This document shows, in pieces, positions 41,663 to 58,138 of a DNA stretch of 64,000 nucleotides. A model generated the notes under the pieces. It was not told the origin of the DNA. It made no database searches and was given only the letters and a program-made list of their open reading frames with translations. The DNA comes from Octopus vulgaris (taxonomy: Eukaryota), in contig OX597819.1 in assembly GCA_951406725.2 (NCBI GenBank), positions 36,828,001-36,892,000 on the forward strand, written 5' to 3'. The translations under genes and the position numbers were made by a program. The first letter of the stretch is position 1. Each line of letters begins with the position of its first letter.

Positions 41663-42914
41663 TAGTTTACGCCCGCTCATTTGAGGCTCGGCATTCGAGG
41701 TCCCGGTTATTCGCGGAACTAATAATTGCTCGCGGAAACCACTGCATATTCGCAGAATCGTAAGTATCATCTGCGATTTTTTATGGCTTTTTCGTGGCAA
41801 TATATATTTTTTCACAAGTTATAAAGCTAAGTTATTAATAACAATATATCGCATTTGCCCGCTTACTGGACGCCTCTTCGCAGTTGAAGCTCTCTCTGAT
41901 TAGAATAGCCACGCATCACCTCGCTTGAGTGCTTTAGATGCAAGTACAATATATCTCGTATCTCTTATTCCTGCTTTCAATCCAAAACGTATGCATGGAA
42001 TTCAAGGCGTTGCTTGTTATGGATAATGCTGGTGGTCACTCTTTGCATTTGAATCACTAGGGAGTCCAAGTTGAGTTCCTTCCTGCCAACACCACGTCCC
42101 TCACCCAGCCTATAGACCATAGCGTGATCCGTGCCTTCAAGGCACTTTACGCTCGGAACTCTCTCTAACGCCTTGTGGACGCAATGTATTCGGACGAGTA
42201 TTTAAAGGAGAACTGGTGTAACTTCACGATCGTAACGTACCTGTCAGTCATCTACACTGATTTTAATGACATAAAAAAGGAAACCCTCATTCGCATGCTG
42301 GAAGAAAGAGTAGCCAGAGTATGTCCAGGACTACGAGGGCTTCTCACCTCAAGATATTTAGCACGTGGCTGTCATCAATGCGATGAAACTGGCAAAGGTA
42401 CTTGGTGGCGAAGGTTTTGACGGCATGATGCAAGATGAGTCAACGGCCTCATCGCTGCCCATTCCGAAACCCTGACAGACAAAGATTTCTTGGAGTTAAT
42501 GAAGTCTGCCAGCGAAACGCCAGATCCGGAGGAAGAGAAGGATGAAGTAGGCCTGGCAATCGAACGTCTATCCGACCTTTTAAAGACGGCAAAGTAATTG
42601 CAAGGGAAGGTTGAAGCATGGGATCCCTATATGGTTCGGTCTCTCATCAATGCTGCTATGCAGACATATAAAACTCTCCTCACAACCATGAAGAAACAAC
42701 GAAAGCACCTTTCCCTCACAATGTTCCTCAAGCCCACCAAGAAAGCCTTGTACGAAGATACGATATCCCCTAAAACACCCGAAGAAGAGGCGTCCCCTGA
42801 AGCGCTTTAAATCTTCTTTGCTGTACATTTCATTATTTTCATTACTATCGTTTTAAATCAATATCATTCATTATTGGTGAGTAATCTTACATTTTACTTT
42901 ATATTTTGTTAAAT

Positions 42915-42974
<60 letters not shown>

Positions 42975-42992
42975 TGTATGTATGTATGTATG

Positions 42993-43039
<47 letters not shown>

Positions 43040-43153
43040 CGTTATATTTTGATATTTATAAGCATTTTTATGGAAAAGCAGTTTTATTTGCGGTTTTTCA
43101 CTATTCGCAGGTGCTCTAGGAACGTAACCCTCGCAAATGCCGAGCTACTACTG
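41663..43153 (+). mobile_element. pogo/Tigger transposon, internally deleted
   Basis: Degenerate TIRs ending ...CTACTG-TA. DDE_1 motifs LLVMDNAGGH and VEFLPANTTSLTQPIDHSVIRAFKALY; acidic C-terminal region. Confidence 0.82.
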
Positions 43154-43189
43154 TATATACACACACACACATACATATAAAGAGGCAAG

Positions 43190-43430
<241 letters not shown>

Positions 43431-43668
43431 GCTTTGGTCGATCAGAGTCTATCTTGCCTCGTAGGGAGATTGAGCATGGAATGATATGATTTCGATGTGA
43501 ATTGCTAATTCTACCCAGCGGGGAATAAATATTATATATGTGTGTATAAATATGCATTTGATTTTTACTAATATAGATATGAATGAGAATATTTGTGTAT
43601 GCATAAACATTCTTCATGATGTGATACATTTAATTATGAACACATCTATACATGTATACACATGTGAT

Positions 43669-43768
<100 letters not shown>

Positions 43769-46700
43769 CAGATAGATAGATAAACAGACTAGATGCTAGG
43801 ACACCTACGATAAACAAATAAAGTGAAAGTATTCCGAAAGTCATGTGTTTATGAAATATGTTTCAAATTCATTGAAGAATTTAATGTACACAGCGGTTTT
43901 CTTTAGCATACTTAATATATATGTATTTCCTTGTATGTAACTATAATGGCAGCTATTCGTTGCAATTATGCGTTACCTTGGTTATTTGTGTTTCCTATTT
44001 TGCGTAGGTATGCCGGAAAATAGTTGGTAATTGCTTGTGCCGTCTCCAGAAACTCATTGACGTTGGAGTTGTATGTGCTTAACTAAAAGGAAACCTGTTT
44101 CCATAACTGCTGCTAGTCTGATTATCTTGAATATAAATGGTATAACATAAACAGGATTCAGTTATGTTGGGTGGAAATTTAGAGGAAATGTTCTTTACAT
44201 CTTCTTACATCCAGACATGTTGCAGACCGTTCTCAAAATATAAAAGTAGATGAAAAGTATACGAGTTTTATAATTAACTTTAAATCTGTGTGTTTGTAGT
44301 CACTTGAAAAGGAAGAGATGTTGGAGAGAGGAAGATGTTATCCTCAAGTAAACCTTTTGAAAAATGGCTGGTAGTTGAGAATATGGTAAGTGTGAATTGA
44401 ACCGATCGCTCTACACATGTGCATGTAAATTTGAGAACTGCAGTTGTAGACAAAACGAGACTTTAGTTTCCAAGGTAATCTTGAATCTGAGGATCTCTTC
44501 GATTGACTCTAGGTGGAGGTCTTCTTTATAAGATGGACTGCATCATCATCATCATCATCCTCATCATCGTCGTCGTCGTCGTCATCATCATCATCATCGT
44601 CGTCGTCGTCATCATCATCATCATCGTCGTCGTCGTCGTCGTCATCATCATCATCATCATCATCATCGTCGTCGTCACCATCATCATCATCATCAATTAT
44701 TATGCGTATGCTATGTATAGCAGTTTTATCACTTGATTTTCTCTGGAAAATCCCACATTACGTCTCTACCCTGGTGGCAAATAGAAGAAATTTTCATCAT
44801 CATCATCATTGTTGTTGTTATTGTTTCTGCTGATGTTGATTTTCTTGATCTTTTCGTTGCCAAGACAATAGCTTCATTTGATCCGTGTGTTTGATCACAC
44901 AGCAGGCAAAGGTGGCGAATTCTCGGGATGATTGAAGATTCATGCAAAATGACTTTCAATATTACAGCTCCTTTCGTTCTAATTTCATATTCCATCGAGG
45001 TCGACTTTATTTTTAATTCTTTTGGGAACGATAACTATAGTTCCAGCCAAATTCTAGGGTTCGGGTAATTTAGTGGACTATCCCTTTCCTCTAAATTTCT
45101 AGCCATATACCCATTTTAATTAAAATTATTAATTTGTTTTCATTTTGTAAGAAAAACATAAAACGCTGATGGCAACGATTGTTATGTATTTTAGTATACC
45201 TCATATTACGAGACCAGATATGCTACAAATCTGCGTGTCAAATGCAATGTAGTATACCGTGTAACAAGCCAACAATAAGTGTGCACCAACTTACACGAAT
45301 AACCAATAAGTGTGTGGGTGGGGGGCAGATCGTAGTTTGAGAGAAAGGTTCTTTCTACCTGAATGCGTGTCGCTGTTTCTAGACGTCGGGACTTTTCTGC
45401 TGACAAACAACCATATACCACCGTCTTACGTGAAAATGCTGCCAAAACTTCGAAAAGTGTAGCAACATGTGTTGTCATCCCATTCGCGTTTACATGCTAT
45501 TTCGCCTGTGCCAGACGTGCTTCTTTGTCATTTAGGAAGAGTGAGAAATATTAAGTCGATTTTGCTGCCATTCCAGTCAAAGATTACCTGTTCCTGGAGT
45601 CGTCCATTGCTTTGTTGTCGTTGTTGATCGATATTTTTTCGTTGTTGCTACTGTTATAAATGTCACTGCTATTGTTGCTGCTGTTGTCAGTGCTGTTGTT
45701 GATGCTAATGTTGCTTTCTATATTGTTGTTGCCGCTGCAGTCGCTGTTGTTGTTGTTATTGCCGTTGTTCCCGTGAATTTGTTTATTTTATGAAGCAGGT
45801 AGTAGTGTGAGATTTTCCTGCTACTTTCTCATTAAATCCGTTAGTGAGCGTTAATGAAACAACATTTTGAAAGAAAAAGAATAATGCAAAATGGAGGTCG
45901 GTTGAAAATTTTAAACGAAAAGAGGAATAAAATGTGAAAGTAAAAACAAATCCTCGAAGGCGTTCACAACTGAAATCCGTCGCAAACACAGACCAAACAT
46001 GCAAGAGGTTTTAAAGAAACATTGGAATAAATTCAAGAATTCAATGACACACACACCAAACATGTAGCCTATATATCCAGTTCTTATCTAAAAATAGTAA
46101 TCTAAAAGCCAGGGCAATAATTTGTATATAAAACTGATATGTAAGATACATTAACGTCTCTCATACTTAAAGAGGAATGCAGTTAAGAAACTGAAAGCAA
46201 AATAAAAATGATTCCAAGGAACAAGCAAAAATAAAATCTGTCTATGAGGCTAACGATAAGTAAGCAATGGCTGAATTCCAACATAAGCAAAAGAACTGTG
46301 TTAGTGATCAAATTGTGATGTACGGCGAAACATTTTTGACTCTTTATAATATATACGATACTATGAAGAAATAAACATGAGTGATGTTATTGTATATATG
46401 TGCGTTTTAAAATGATTATCATTACTCTTTAGCGATGTAACTGTTTCAGTTTCAACATACAGTCTCAGACCATATCATTTGCGAAGTAAGTACAACTCCG
46501 AATGTATTATAGTTAGTACTATATCACGTTAATTGATATTGTTATATCAGATTATGACTGCAGCTACACCTGTAATTGTTTTATTAACACATCACAACTC
46601 ATATCATGAAGAATGTACCATGAAAGAATTTCTCCATTATTTGGTCGCTACGCATATAAATGTTTCGATGTTTTAGGGTGAAACCCGTTAAAAGATTGCT

Positions 46701-46828
46701 TAAATTCAATTTCAAGGGAACGAGCAAGACAGAACAATCATTCATATGCTCCCCCTAAAGTACCATATAAAAAAGAAAATGTTGGCAAGACAAGAATTTA
46801 TGACTTCAGTATGCATAATGTTTTGATG

Positions 46829-47190
46829 GGATCTTTTCGGTTTGAACGGCAGTTTTTTTTAAATAATTTCCACGTAACTAAACACTTTTAAACTTCGTAT
46901 ACTGATAGAATGTGTTTATAAAACATCTTTTTCTCTCGGCTTTATTTCTGCAATTTCAACTAATCAATGACGTCTATTTGATGTGAAAACATTCTGTGCC
47001 GTATGAATATGTCCCTCGTTTAAGAAACAGATTGGGTTTATTTACATTTGTGGAGAAAAAAGATACACTCTCCCCACCCCTAACCCTAAAACAGATTGAA
47101 ATGCAATAGATAGATACTAGGGTCATAATTATGGGTGACAATTTCATATGACACCGCTAGAAAAGACTGCCGTTCAAACCGAAAAGATCC
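46829..47190 (-). mobile_element. Merlin-like MITE copy 5 (internal deletion)
   Basis: TIRs present. Perfect 8-bp TSD TTTTGATG (46821-46828 / 47191-47198). Confidence 0.92.
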
Positions 47191-47959
47191 TTTTGATGTA
47201 CAGCAAACAAATATGTCTCTTCAAAAAGAGTATCTTTCTCATTAAAAACAGTATATTTCTCTTCTAAACTCCTTTCAGTAATGAAGTATCTCTAATGATA
47301 TATATTTTGAGTCGATTAAATCTTAGACAGTGATCCCCGATCATGAGAAGAAGTGTGAAGGGCAGTTTAAAATAAGCGATAGTGTATACGAGTCACGTGC
47401 CAAGTTATAATTAGAAAATAATCTAAGATTACACTGGTAACAATCTGAATTTCAAATTACGATGCAATGGCCCAGAGGATACAGCTCGAAATCATATTTA
47501 GATTTTCATAAACAGGGGAGAAAAAACTGAAAGGCAACTCGATAATATGTCGCGTTTTCTTGTCGCAGGTAAAAAAAAATTAAGTAAAGTCATAATCAAA
47601 TGATTTGATACGTGTCAGGACGCTCTAATATCTACTTCACTCTTACATTGTGAAAATAAATATATTTCCTTCTGAAATAAATATTCGTTGTTCTTTAATA
47701 TCGCAGAGGATAAAAATATTTTCTTCTTTTCGGGATATTTCATTATAAGTATTCGCCTGCTGATAACTCAATGTATTCCACAGAAAGAAAAGAAAGATTA
47801 AAAAAAAAAACAGGGTAACAGCTAATTAATTACAGAATTCCTATTACTGTAAAAAAGAAAACAAAAAACATGTAAAAAGACGCACAGCAAGTGTGGATTA
47901 AATGGAAATAATTAAAAATCATCAGTAAACAAGCGCTGATAACTGAATGAAGTTACTCA

Positions 47960-48000
<41 letters not shown>

Positions 48001-48077
48001 CGCGCATAAACACACACAGACACGCACACACACTGACAAGTATCTATCTAGATGTATGTATATATGCAAATACATAC

Positions 48078-48221
<144 letters not shown>

Positions 48222-48862
48222 GTGCATGAACATATATATATATATGTGTGTGTGTATGTATATATATCGTTGGATAAATAAATCAACACTTCTCCATCGA
48301 AATAAACGCGGAGAAAAAAAACATAAGCGTAAAAGTAAATTAGTGACAAAAAAGAAGTAAATTATCCGCTGCTGCTGCACTGGGAATACAGCAGAGACAC
48401 GAGCAAGCACTAATGATATTTCGATTTAATGGACGACGTGAAAACAACATTTAATGCCAGTTCACTACGCAGGCTTAAAATTAGTTCCTAAGTCAGTCAT
48501 GAATATCTACATTTGACAAACACTAGGTAAGGATGAAAGTAAAAATTAGCAATCGAAAGAGTTAAGTAGACACAGATTCAATAGTTACTACTTGTTGTTA
48601 ATGTTTTATAATAAATTCTTGAATTTTTCCTAATTAAACAGAAACTACAGTATCCCTGTAAAGGTTAAATGGACAGTTTTAGAAAGTAAATAAATTTCAA
48701 ATATAAAAGACGAATTGTAAGTTTGCAGTTAAAGTAAGGAATAATTAACATTTCCATCTTCATCCTTCCTTAAGAATATTTTCCTAAACTAGATAGGAAT
48801 TAATCACAACCAATTAGAAGCGTGGCACAAAATACAATTTGTGTCAATGGAAACACTTCTTT

Positions 48863-48947
<85 letters not shown>

Positions 48948-49039
48948 ATGTATACATATGTATGTATATATGTGATTTTTCTATTGAAGAACGAAGGATT
49001 GTTGTACAGGTAATATACATACATACATACATATATATT

Positions 49040-49391
49040 CTTGAACTTGTTCCAGCCATTTGGCTGCGGCTATGTTGGAGCACCGACTTGAATTTCTTTA
49101 GTCACACAAATCTACCGCAGGACATATTTTAAAGCCTAGAATTTATTCTATCTATCTCTTTTGCAGAATCGTTACGTTACAGGGCGGGACAAACACTCTT
49201 ACATACACATACACTCATAAAGTGAGAGAAAGGGAGAGAGAGAAAATATATATATACCACGTGTTTCTTTCAGTTTCTGTCTACCAAATCCACTCACAGG
49301 GCTTTGGTCGGCCCAAGGTGCCAAGCACTGAGATTGAACATGGAAACATGTGGTTGGAAAGCAAGTTTCTTACCACAGAGCCACACCTGAG

Positions 49392-49392
<1 letters not shown>
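49040..49392 (-). mobile_element. SINE family A, diverged
   Basis: GCTATGTTGGAGCACCG...TCTACCAAATCCACTCACAGGGCTTTGGTCGGCCC...CATGTGGTTGGAAAGCAAG. Confidence 0.75.
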
Positions 49393-49455
<63 letters not shown>

Positions 49456-49489
49456 GATGGGTTTAGTTCTCCTTTGTTATCGTTTTGTT

Positions 49490-50278
49490 TGGGTTTAGAA
49501 ATTCAAAATAGACTAAACCTTTCATATCCCACCAAACAGATAACAACACTTTACGTGGGTGAACACCTTCCTTAGCATGGGGTGTCAGTGTTTCTACTTT
49601 CCCTACCCACTGTCTTCGGTGCTTGACATTTTAATAGAGAATCCATTTCTCATCACCAGTCACTATTCGATCCAAAAATGTTTCATTCGTGAAACATGAC
49701 AGCAAAGAAGAGCACACATTTACTCTCTATGCAAGATTAGACTCGGAACGTTTGTGAGGAACTCATTGATCCAATTTGCTAACTTTTTCGATGGCCCACA
49801 AGTGTTGATGAATGATTGAATGAACGAATCCAAGTTTCTCTTCTCGGTTCAACAGTTACGATGGGGGTTTTGTCCACCAGGGTTTCCAGGATGTCCTCGT
49901 CGAGCTCTACAGATCTTTAAGGACGAGGCTCGTCTTCTAGGCTGTAGATTCTGGCTCGGAAATTCTGGAACCAACGTTGACACTGGCTTACGCTTACTGC
50001 CCGATTCCCATATACTGCATTTCCGTTGCGTTGTTGCCTTTATTGAACTCATAAAGCAAAATAAGCTGAATATATTCCTTTTGCACTTCCATTATAGCTT
50101 TGCAAAATAACTGTTAAATCGAACCGCATTTTTCAAAATTTGCACTAAGGATAAGTACAAGGTAAAATTACTAACTGCCTTTATAGCGCGTTAATGCAGG
50201 TGGTTTATCCCATCCCCTCCGACTTTTAGTACATGAAATTGAAAAAAAAAACGCATTATTTATGAGATGACCCAATAT
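49490..50278 (-). mobile_element. mariner fossil, 5' half with TIR
   Basis: Minus strand: TA-TTGGGTCATCTCATAAATAATGCG TIR; Q*VPH...FLDRIVTGDEKWIL. Confidence 0.85.
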
Positions 50279-50309
50279 ATACATACACACATACACACAC
50301 ACACATATA

Positions 50310-50348
<39 letters not shown>

Positions 50349-51921
50349 TATAAATATATATACCACCTATTTGCATGTGCGTGTATATATATGTGTATGT
50401 GTGTGCGCTTCAAACGAAGATGCCTTTCCAGAGACTTGCCCAAAGTGCCGTACATCGAAACGATTGACTTCAAAACCGCATCGTTTTGAAGCGAAACCTT
50501 TTTAGACTTACGGCCAGCACTTCGTCTGTGTCCCTGAGTTATGTGAGCATGAGTGCTTGTGTGAGCGCGCGTACGAGTGTGTGCATGTTTGTGTGAGTGC
50601 CTGTATGTGTCTATGCATAAACGTGTATGCATGTATGCGTGTGTTTATTAAACAGAACGCTGTGTATCTATACAACACAGCTTAAAACTGAAATTTAAAA
50701 TATCAGAGCCTGATAGGAACACAAACAATCTTGAATAGGAATATAATCCAAAATTTAATAATTGTTGAAACTAGGGTTTTGAAAAATATATACGTGTTGT
50801 TTAAATACCATCTGTAAGCAACATTTGAGTATCCCTAAAATCAATTTCAAAACAACGAAGAAAATAAATGGAGAATAAAGTCTTACTGACGCCATCCTTG
50901 CGTTATTCTACCTTCCCTTCAGCTAGCACTCTTAATTAGTTTGCTATCACGAAACAAGTACCTCTTACATTGTTGCATTGACGCCATGTTGTTTACACTA
51001 ATTTTTCATGAAAAATGTTCTTTATGTTGTCTCACAAACAAATTTCACTCCCTCAAAAGGGTTAAGCATACACGTAAACAGACTAAAAGATCCTGAAATA
51101 GAAAAATTTATTTATCCGTTGTTTCTACTTTGAAATCTGATAATTCTGTAACAAAGAATGACGTATGAACAACAACCAATCATGTCTTGTGAAATTTATT
51201 AGGTTGAATATCTTTCCCGATTTCAGAAAAATAGTAGTGTTTGAGAACAATTATTTCTGTTTGTTATAATGTCATTAGATTTTCAATTTTTTATAATGTT
51301 CATGTGTGTATTATTCAATAAATAATAAAGATTAGACTTTTAATAATCCTTCAAAATCTTTTCCTATATTGTCTATTCATTAAATAAATGCATTACTTTG
51401 CAAGGAAACATAATCTAGAAGTAAATTTCTCCTATACAAATTAGACTATAGAAGAATGATTTTATCGTTTATAAAGGGGTTTTCATTTTTTGTGGTTACT
51501 TCCATATTTTACCATCCTACGATATATAAACGCGATACTTTAATCAATAGATGCAATACGGATAAAAGATCGACACGTCCTTATGATGCCAGTCTACCGC
51601 AGGTAACTGAATCAGTTTGCATAATTGATTACAAACTCAGCCTGAACCGTAATTCCGAATGCGATAATGCTTAAGGTGTTGTAAGTACATACACAAGCGC
51701 AACTACACACGCACGCACACATACACACACACATACACACACGCGTACACGACCACGCACATATACATACGCACGCATACAGATACACACACTCACATGC
51801 ACGCACACAAACGCGCGCGCGCACACACTCTCTCTCTCTCTCTCTCTCACACACACAGATACACAAACTCACATGCACGCACACAAACGCGCGTGCACAC
51901 ACACACACACTCTCTCTCTCT

Positions 51922-51989
<68 letters not shown>

Positions 51990-52100
51990 AACAAAATGGC
52001 TGACAGATATGCCGACAGACTGTTAGATAGCTGGGTAGGCGGCTAGGCAGGCAAACAGCTTGATAGAAAGAAAAAAAGAAAAGAAGAAAGAAAGATAGAC

Positions 52101-52187
<87 letters not shown>

Positions 52188-52654
52188 CAGGCAGATAGAC
52201 AGACAGACAGACAGCAGACGGACAGCAGACGGACGGACGGACGAACAGACAGATGGATGGAACGATAGACAGGCATTATTTGTATTCCAGGCATTTTATG
52301 TGCAGTATGCACATACTTATGTGTGTGTCTGTTAGAAATAGCAGACAAATCTCAAATTACATCTTGCCGTATATATATTCCTACATATATACTCCTAAAA
52401 GGACGAGATGGTCTGTTCTGTCAGAGTTTACTTATGGTTAGACAAAAGCCACGTCTTTTCCCAATAGGTTATTAATTAAACACATGACTTTCTTAACAAA
52501 TCTCGTGGAATAATGCAGTTACAATTTCTGGCAATCTTAATGGACTAGAGAAGGACTCAGTATCAAATAAAGTTTCGGGAAACAAAGATTGAAGGCTTAG
52601 GTAAAATTAGTCACAAACACACACACATACCTTCTCCCCGCCCTTTCTCTCTCT

Positions 52655-52723
<69 letters not shown>

Positions 52724-53580
52724 AAACACACTAGTAAAATATGAAAGTTTTGTCTTTGTTTTAAGATTTTATTGAACGTTCGCCAGTTTAAACGATACTT
52801 CAAGATTATTTTTATATAACATTACCATTTGTTGACGAAAACCTTAATTAATGCATCCTGGACAACAGTCAGGAATAGCATTATACATTAACTGATAACC
52901 AACACGCCACTGTTAACATTCACATTTTTAAAAAAATAATGCAGTAGTTTTTGTTTTTATACAGTCATTGGAATATTTTCTAACTCTTTAAGACCACAAT
53001 GTGTACCATCTTGTTACGTTTCGTATAATTCTCAGAATGAAGTATTTGCACATTTAGTATTCCCTAAGCTTGCTATGGACAATCTTTTTCTAGAAGTGGA
53101 CCACGTGAGACATGCCCCATCTACTGGCGGGCAGCACGACTGAAAAAAATTTCAAGGCAATTTTTTGTAAGGCATGTAGTTGACAGTCCCGCTGGCCACA
53201 TATTGCCCATGAATATTCTGAACTATGATCTGATTCCTTCAACTGAAACAAACGTTGAGTAATCCATGGAAACAATGTCAAATTATAATGACTTTTGGAT
53301 GTAAGTTTATGCTTTTACTCATAGGTTTGATGCCGTACTAGGATAAGGGTTTCAAGGAAATTTGTGTGTTTAGAAAGTCGTATGCTTAAGTAATATCCTA
53401 TTGGGAAAAGACTTTTCTTTTGTTTAACTGTCAGTCAAATATATAAATACAGTACACATTTCAGAATCGTACTTACGATAAAAATCTATATTGCTTCATA
53501 TTGCTATATCATATTTTTCACACAATACCGTTTCTCAAACTGCAATGTTGTGCTAAATATACACGCACACACACACACAT

Positions 53581-53650
<70 letters not shown>

Positions 53651-53664
53651 ACACACACATGCAC

Positions 53665-53850
53665 GTCACTCACCGCTTGAAACCGGTGTTGGTGTGTTTA
53701 CGTCCCCGAAACTTGACGGTCCGGCAAAAGTGACCGAAAGAATAAGTAATAGACTTTAAAAAGACATAAATACTTGGTTCGATTTATTCGACTAAAAATT
53801 CCTCAAGGTGGCTCCCCAGCATGGCCGCCGTCTAATGAGTGAAATAAGGA
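53665..53850 (+). mobile_element. SINE family A, 3' half
   Basis: CCGCTTGAAACCGGTGTTGGTGTGTTTACGTCCCC...CGGCAAAAG.GACCGA...CCAGCATGGCCGC. Confidence 0.7.
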
Positions 53851-53856
53851 AAGGCA

Positions 53857-53929
<73 letters not shown>

Positions 53930-55510
53930 ATACATACATACATACATACATACATACATACATACATACATACAAGCGCGTGCGTGACAGGTTTTTTTAT
54001 TTTGTAGTTTCCCTTTACCAAATTTCACTTACAAAACATTGAGAACAGAAAATATTTGTGCGCGAGGTGTGATCGACCCTGCAGCTATTTGGTTGCGAAC
54101 CGAACTTCTTAACCATGCAGTTACGCCTACGTCAATCTCATGAGGTTATTTAACATTGCAAAGTGCCACAAGGTTCGCCAGATTTAGAATACAATACCAA
54201 AATCCTAGATTCCAGATTTACACAAGAAATTGATTCCAGTTGCTTTAAGCACTCCAAGATTTGAACATTACTAATTTTTCTGGGCTTTTTTTTTTTGTTT
54301 TTTTGTTATTTTTTCAATTTCCACACAGTTGTCCTATTTCGTAAGGAAAGTGATAGACCGAATATCTTTTAACATCATTGTTATGTTTACCAAAAATGTC
54401 GAATTGAAATCTGATAACAAATCCTGCTCTATATCTTTGGTAAACGCATTATTCTTCTTATTTCGATTTATCTAGCTGTTGATTATGTGTGTATGCACAG
54501 TGTGGTCGGGTGATCAACAAGTTCGCAGCTGCGAGTTCTTGGGTTCGATACCACAGAGTAGAATCTCAGGTCAACCTACACCTTGTGAATGAAATTTGGT
54601 TAATGGAAACTTTAATGAAGCCTGCTGGATGGATTGTATTTGTTATTCTAAGATACTTCCTAGCCATGCTGATTCTATATATCATGCTGGTTCTGTCTGT
54701 GAATTACTGTAACGGCTCATATGTCTGGATTACACAGCCACTTACACGTTTATCCAGGAGCAGGTAATTCACTTGATGAAACAACTGAAGCCTCGTTGTC
54801 AAACAGCGGACAACCACCACCTCCACCGATATTACCGTCACAACGACATATCATGTGTACATCCTTGTAGAAAGCGCATAGTAACGTTCTAAGCATTTAG
54901 ATAAGTAACACAAAACTATAGCAACAGAAATCTGTGAACTGTTTTAATGTTTATCGTGTATTTTTCTTTCTTCTCATCCTCCTAGACTATTTGCTTTCGG
55001 ATAATTTTCTTTTCTGAAATCTACACCTCACTTAGAATATTAGAATATTGTGCTGAAAGAGAGGAAAGTAGAATAAAGGTTTCGGGAAGCCCTTAGCTGT
55101 TGCTACTCGAGTATAAATAAAATGTGTGTTTTTTATAAAAGACATTGTATGTGACAGGTAGTATCATTTGCTAATCTAGCAATGAAACTCTTGAGAATTC
55201 TTATTTATTTTGTGCTAAAAAATACACAATCCTGATACATTACAACAAAAACAGAATTTCTGTCATCATTTTGTCTTTTCTTCTTTCTTATTCTCGAAGA
55301 TATGAAAATAATAGCTTTCATGTATTTGTATTTTTGTAACATGCTTTCATATCTTATGAAGGAACATAGATATGGCTGTGGGGTTAAGAATTTTTCTCCA
55401 GAAACTGGGTTCAATACCACTATGTGGCACGTAAGGCATGTGCCAACTGCTTTTAACTTCAGGCTAATCAATTTGTGGGTGAAATTTGGTAGAGTAAGAA
55501 CCTCATCGTG

Positions 55511-55560
<50 letters not shown>

Positions 55561-56199
55561 AGTGTATGTGCATGTATGTATGTGAGTGTGTAGGAATGTG
55601 CTCACATTCATACACACATGGATGGCCTTGGATTTTCTATCTAAAAATGCCTTTAGACATAATGTTTACGTGCTATTTTTATAGCATTTACGTACATCCA
55701 GATCCAGTTCCAAAATATGAATTACTTCACTTTTTCTCGAAACTTTATAAATGTTTATGATCTCTTTCCTTCTCTCTCTATATATATATTTTATATTGCA
55801 AGAAATAAGAGTTAAAGCTCTTAATGCTGTAAGAATTGACAATTGAGATACCGCTCCATGAGTGTCTCTAGGATCCATAGGCTAGATTAGATTTGCGTAT
55901 CAGTCGTAGGCGCGTCAGTAGTGACTTCGCAAACGCTCGATGTTTTGGCTGTCAGCATAAGTATTTTTACCATAAAAATTTATAGCTGATTTATCGAAAT
56001 GCTAATAAAATTAATATAAACAGCTAGCCCCAATATAATACCATAAATGCCAATTGTTTCTTTATGGTATTATATTGCGCCTAACTGTTTATATGAATTG
56101 CTCGCCTATTCTATCTCCCGAGGGAAATGTTCTTCAAGATTGGCAAGATATAATAAAACTTTAGGCGGAACACTTTAATAAAGATGTGCTCAACAGCGA

Positions 56200-57600
56200 A
56201 TCAAATTAATTACTTGATAGTCTTCCTCAGAATTTTATGATGCAATCTCTTGCATCAGCATCATCTGCATCCGTAGTAGATGTTAAAATATTTATCAACA
56301 GCTATCTAACGGAAAAGCTCCTGAAGATGTCACATTACCAGAAGAAATGTTTTAATATGGCGGTAATACTGTGACTAAAATATTTACTGAGATATTAATA
56401 AATATATGGAACTCAGGAGTAATCCCACAATAATTTATAGATGATACAATAGTCCATTTGTATAAACAGAAAGACAACAAATGTGAATGTGATAAAGAGC
56501 TTGACATCTTATTCCTTTCAGCTGTAAGAAAAAGTCTCTCAAAACTGATTTTAAATAGAATAAATGCTGACTTGGTGAATAGCGTATATCTTGAAAGCCA
56601 GTGCTGTTTCAGGGTTGGTCGTAGAAAAATAGATATTTCGGTGTGAGCAGGAAAATGCTCGCGAAAAGGGAAAAGGCCTTTGTCAGGGCATGTCGTGAAG
56701 CATCATAAAAGATCTTGACAAAGCTTGAGTTACCTGAATAAATGTTGAATTTAATTATAGCATTGCACAGGGACATAAAAACCTTTGACATATAAGCCTT
56801 TGACATCTTAAATGGGGATCCATCACAGCCATTTGGAGTGACAAAGGGTACACAACAAGGGTGTATGCTGCTACCGTTACTATTAGCATTACATTTGAAA
56901 TCATAATTGATCATGCCTTTGCTAATGTTATAGAAAGTGTTTCTGTGGAATAACGCACAACTGGAGGAACTTACAATCAGCAGCGGTTTAAAGGTAAGAT
57001 AAGAATATGCTTTCAGACTCCAAGAGCCTTGTTATTTTCAGATTACTGTGCACTGCTTAACCACTCTCTTGAAGACATACAATTGATACTTAAACAAATT
57101 TGTTGCAGTTGCTAGATCTTTCGGCCTGACGATAAGCATTAAAAAGACTGAAGTCTTCTTTCAACCATGTCTCGGTAACATTCCAGAGATTAAGCCTCGA
57201 GTGTTTGTAGAATGAAATGTTCTGAAAACAGCCAGTCCTTTTGTCTATCTCGATTCTGTTGTGACAAGTGCTGCTAACCTTGATACAGAAATTTAAATAC
57301 GTATAGGCAAAGCAAGTTCAGCTTTAGGTAAACTGCAACAGAAACTCTGAAATGCCCATGAGATCTCTATTAAAATTACGGGCAGACATTCGGACCCCAC
57401 CATTCCCATTGGAAGTATATTAATAAATTAAACAACGAGATACTTGAGACAAATATACAAAATAAAATGGGGTGATAGAGTGAGAAACGGTGATATTTTG
57501 TCGATGTTTAATATCCCTAGCATAGAAACTTTCTTAATCAGGACTCAACTGAGATCAAGTTTTGTGAATGAATAATGATAGAATTCCAAAGCAAGAAAAA
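56200..57600 (+). pseudogene. RTE (BovB-like) LINE RT remnant
   Basis: GKAP, IWNSGVIPQ*FIDDTIVHLYKQK, ESQCCFR.GR, FGVTKGTQQGC, LLFSDYCAL, FGLTISIKKTEV, RIGKASSALGKL. Many stops. Confidence 0.82.
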
Positions 57601-58138
57601 GAATATTAATAATAGATGGAGTATAATTCAGTCTTTGAACTCGGTTTTCAAGGCAGATAATCATAGCCATAAGATGTCAAACAATAGCATTTTTGTAAGT
57701 TTCAGTATAATATGGGAGGCTGTATGTGTTTGTTCGACATTTTAGAAATAGCAGAGGAATCTCTACCAAATGACATCTTTTTAAAGTCTACCTCGAACCT
57801 GTAGGCTCATAAGGTTTATGCTTATCTAGATAATCAATGTTTAAGGTACTAGATTTCCTCCTGAGCCAGATGCGAATATCATTCGTTTTAAACTTTCTCC
57901 CCCAGCTGCCACTGGTATTCATTTTCAGCTGAATATGCTGGAGCAACGAGAAATAAAATGTGTTGCTCAAGGATAGAAGATAAAAGAGACGTTCGTACAT
58001 ATAATTACTGAATGCAAAATACTGACTGAGAGGATCTATAAGAACTGAAGCCCTGGCATGGATATAACAAAAAAAAATCTGTAAAATTATGGATTTTTAC
58101 GTATCTTATTTTTTTATCTCCTATCGAAATTTTCCCAA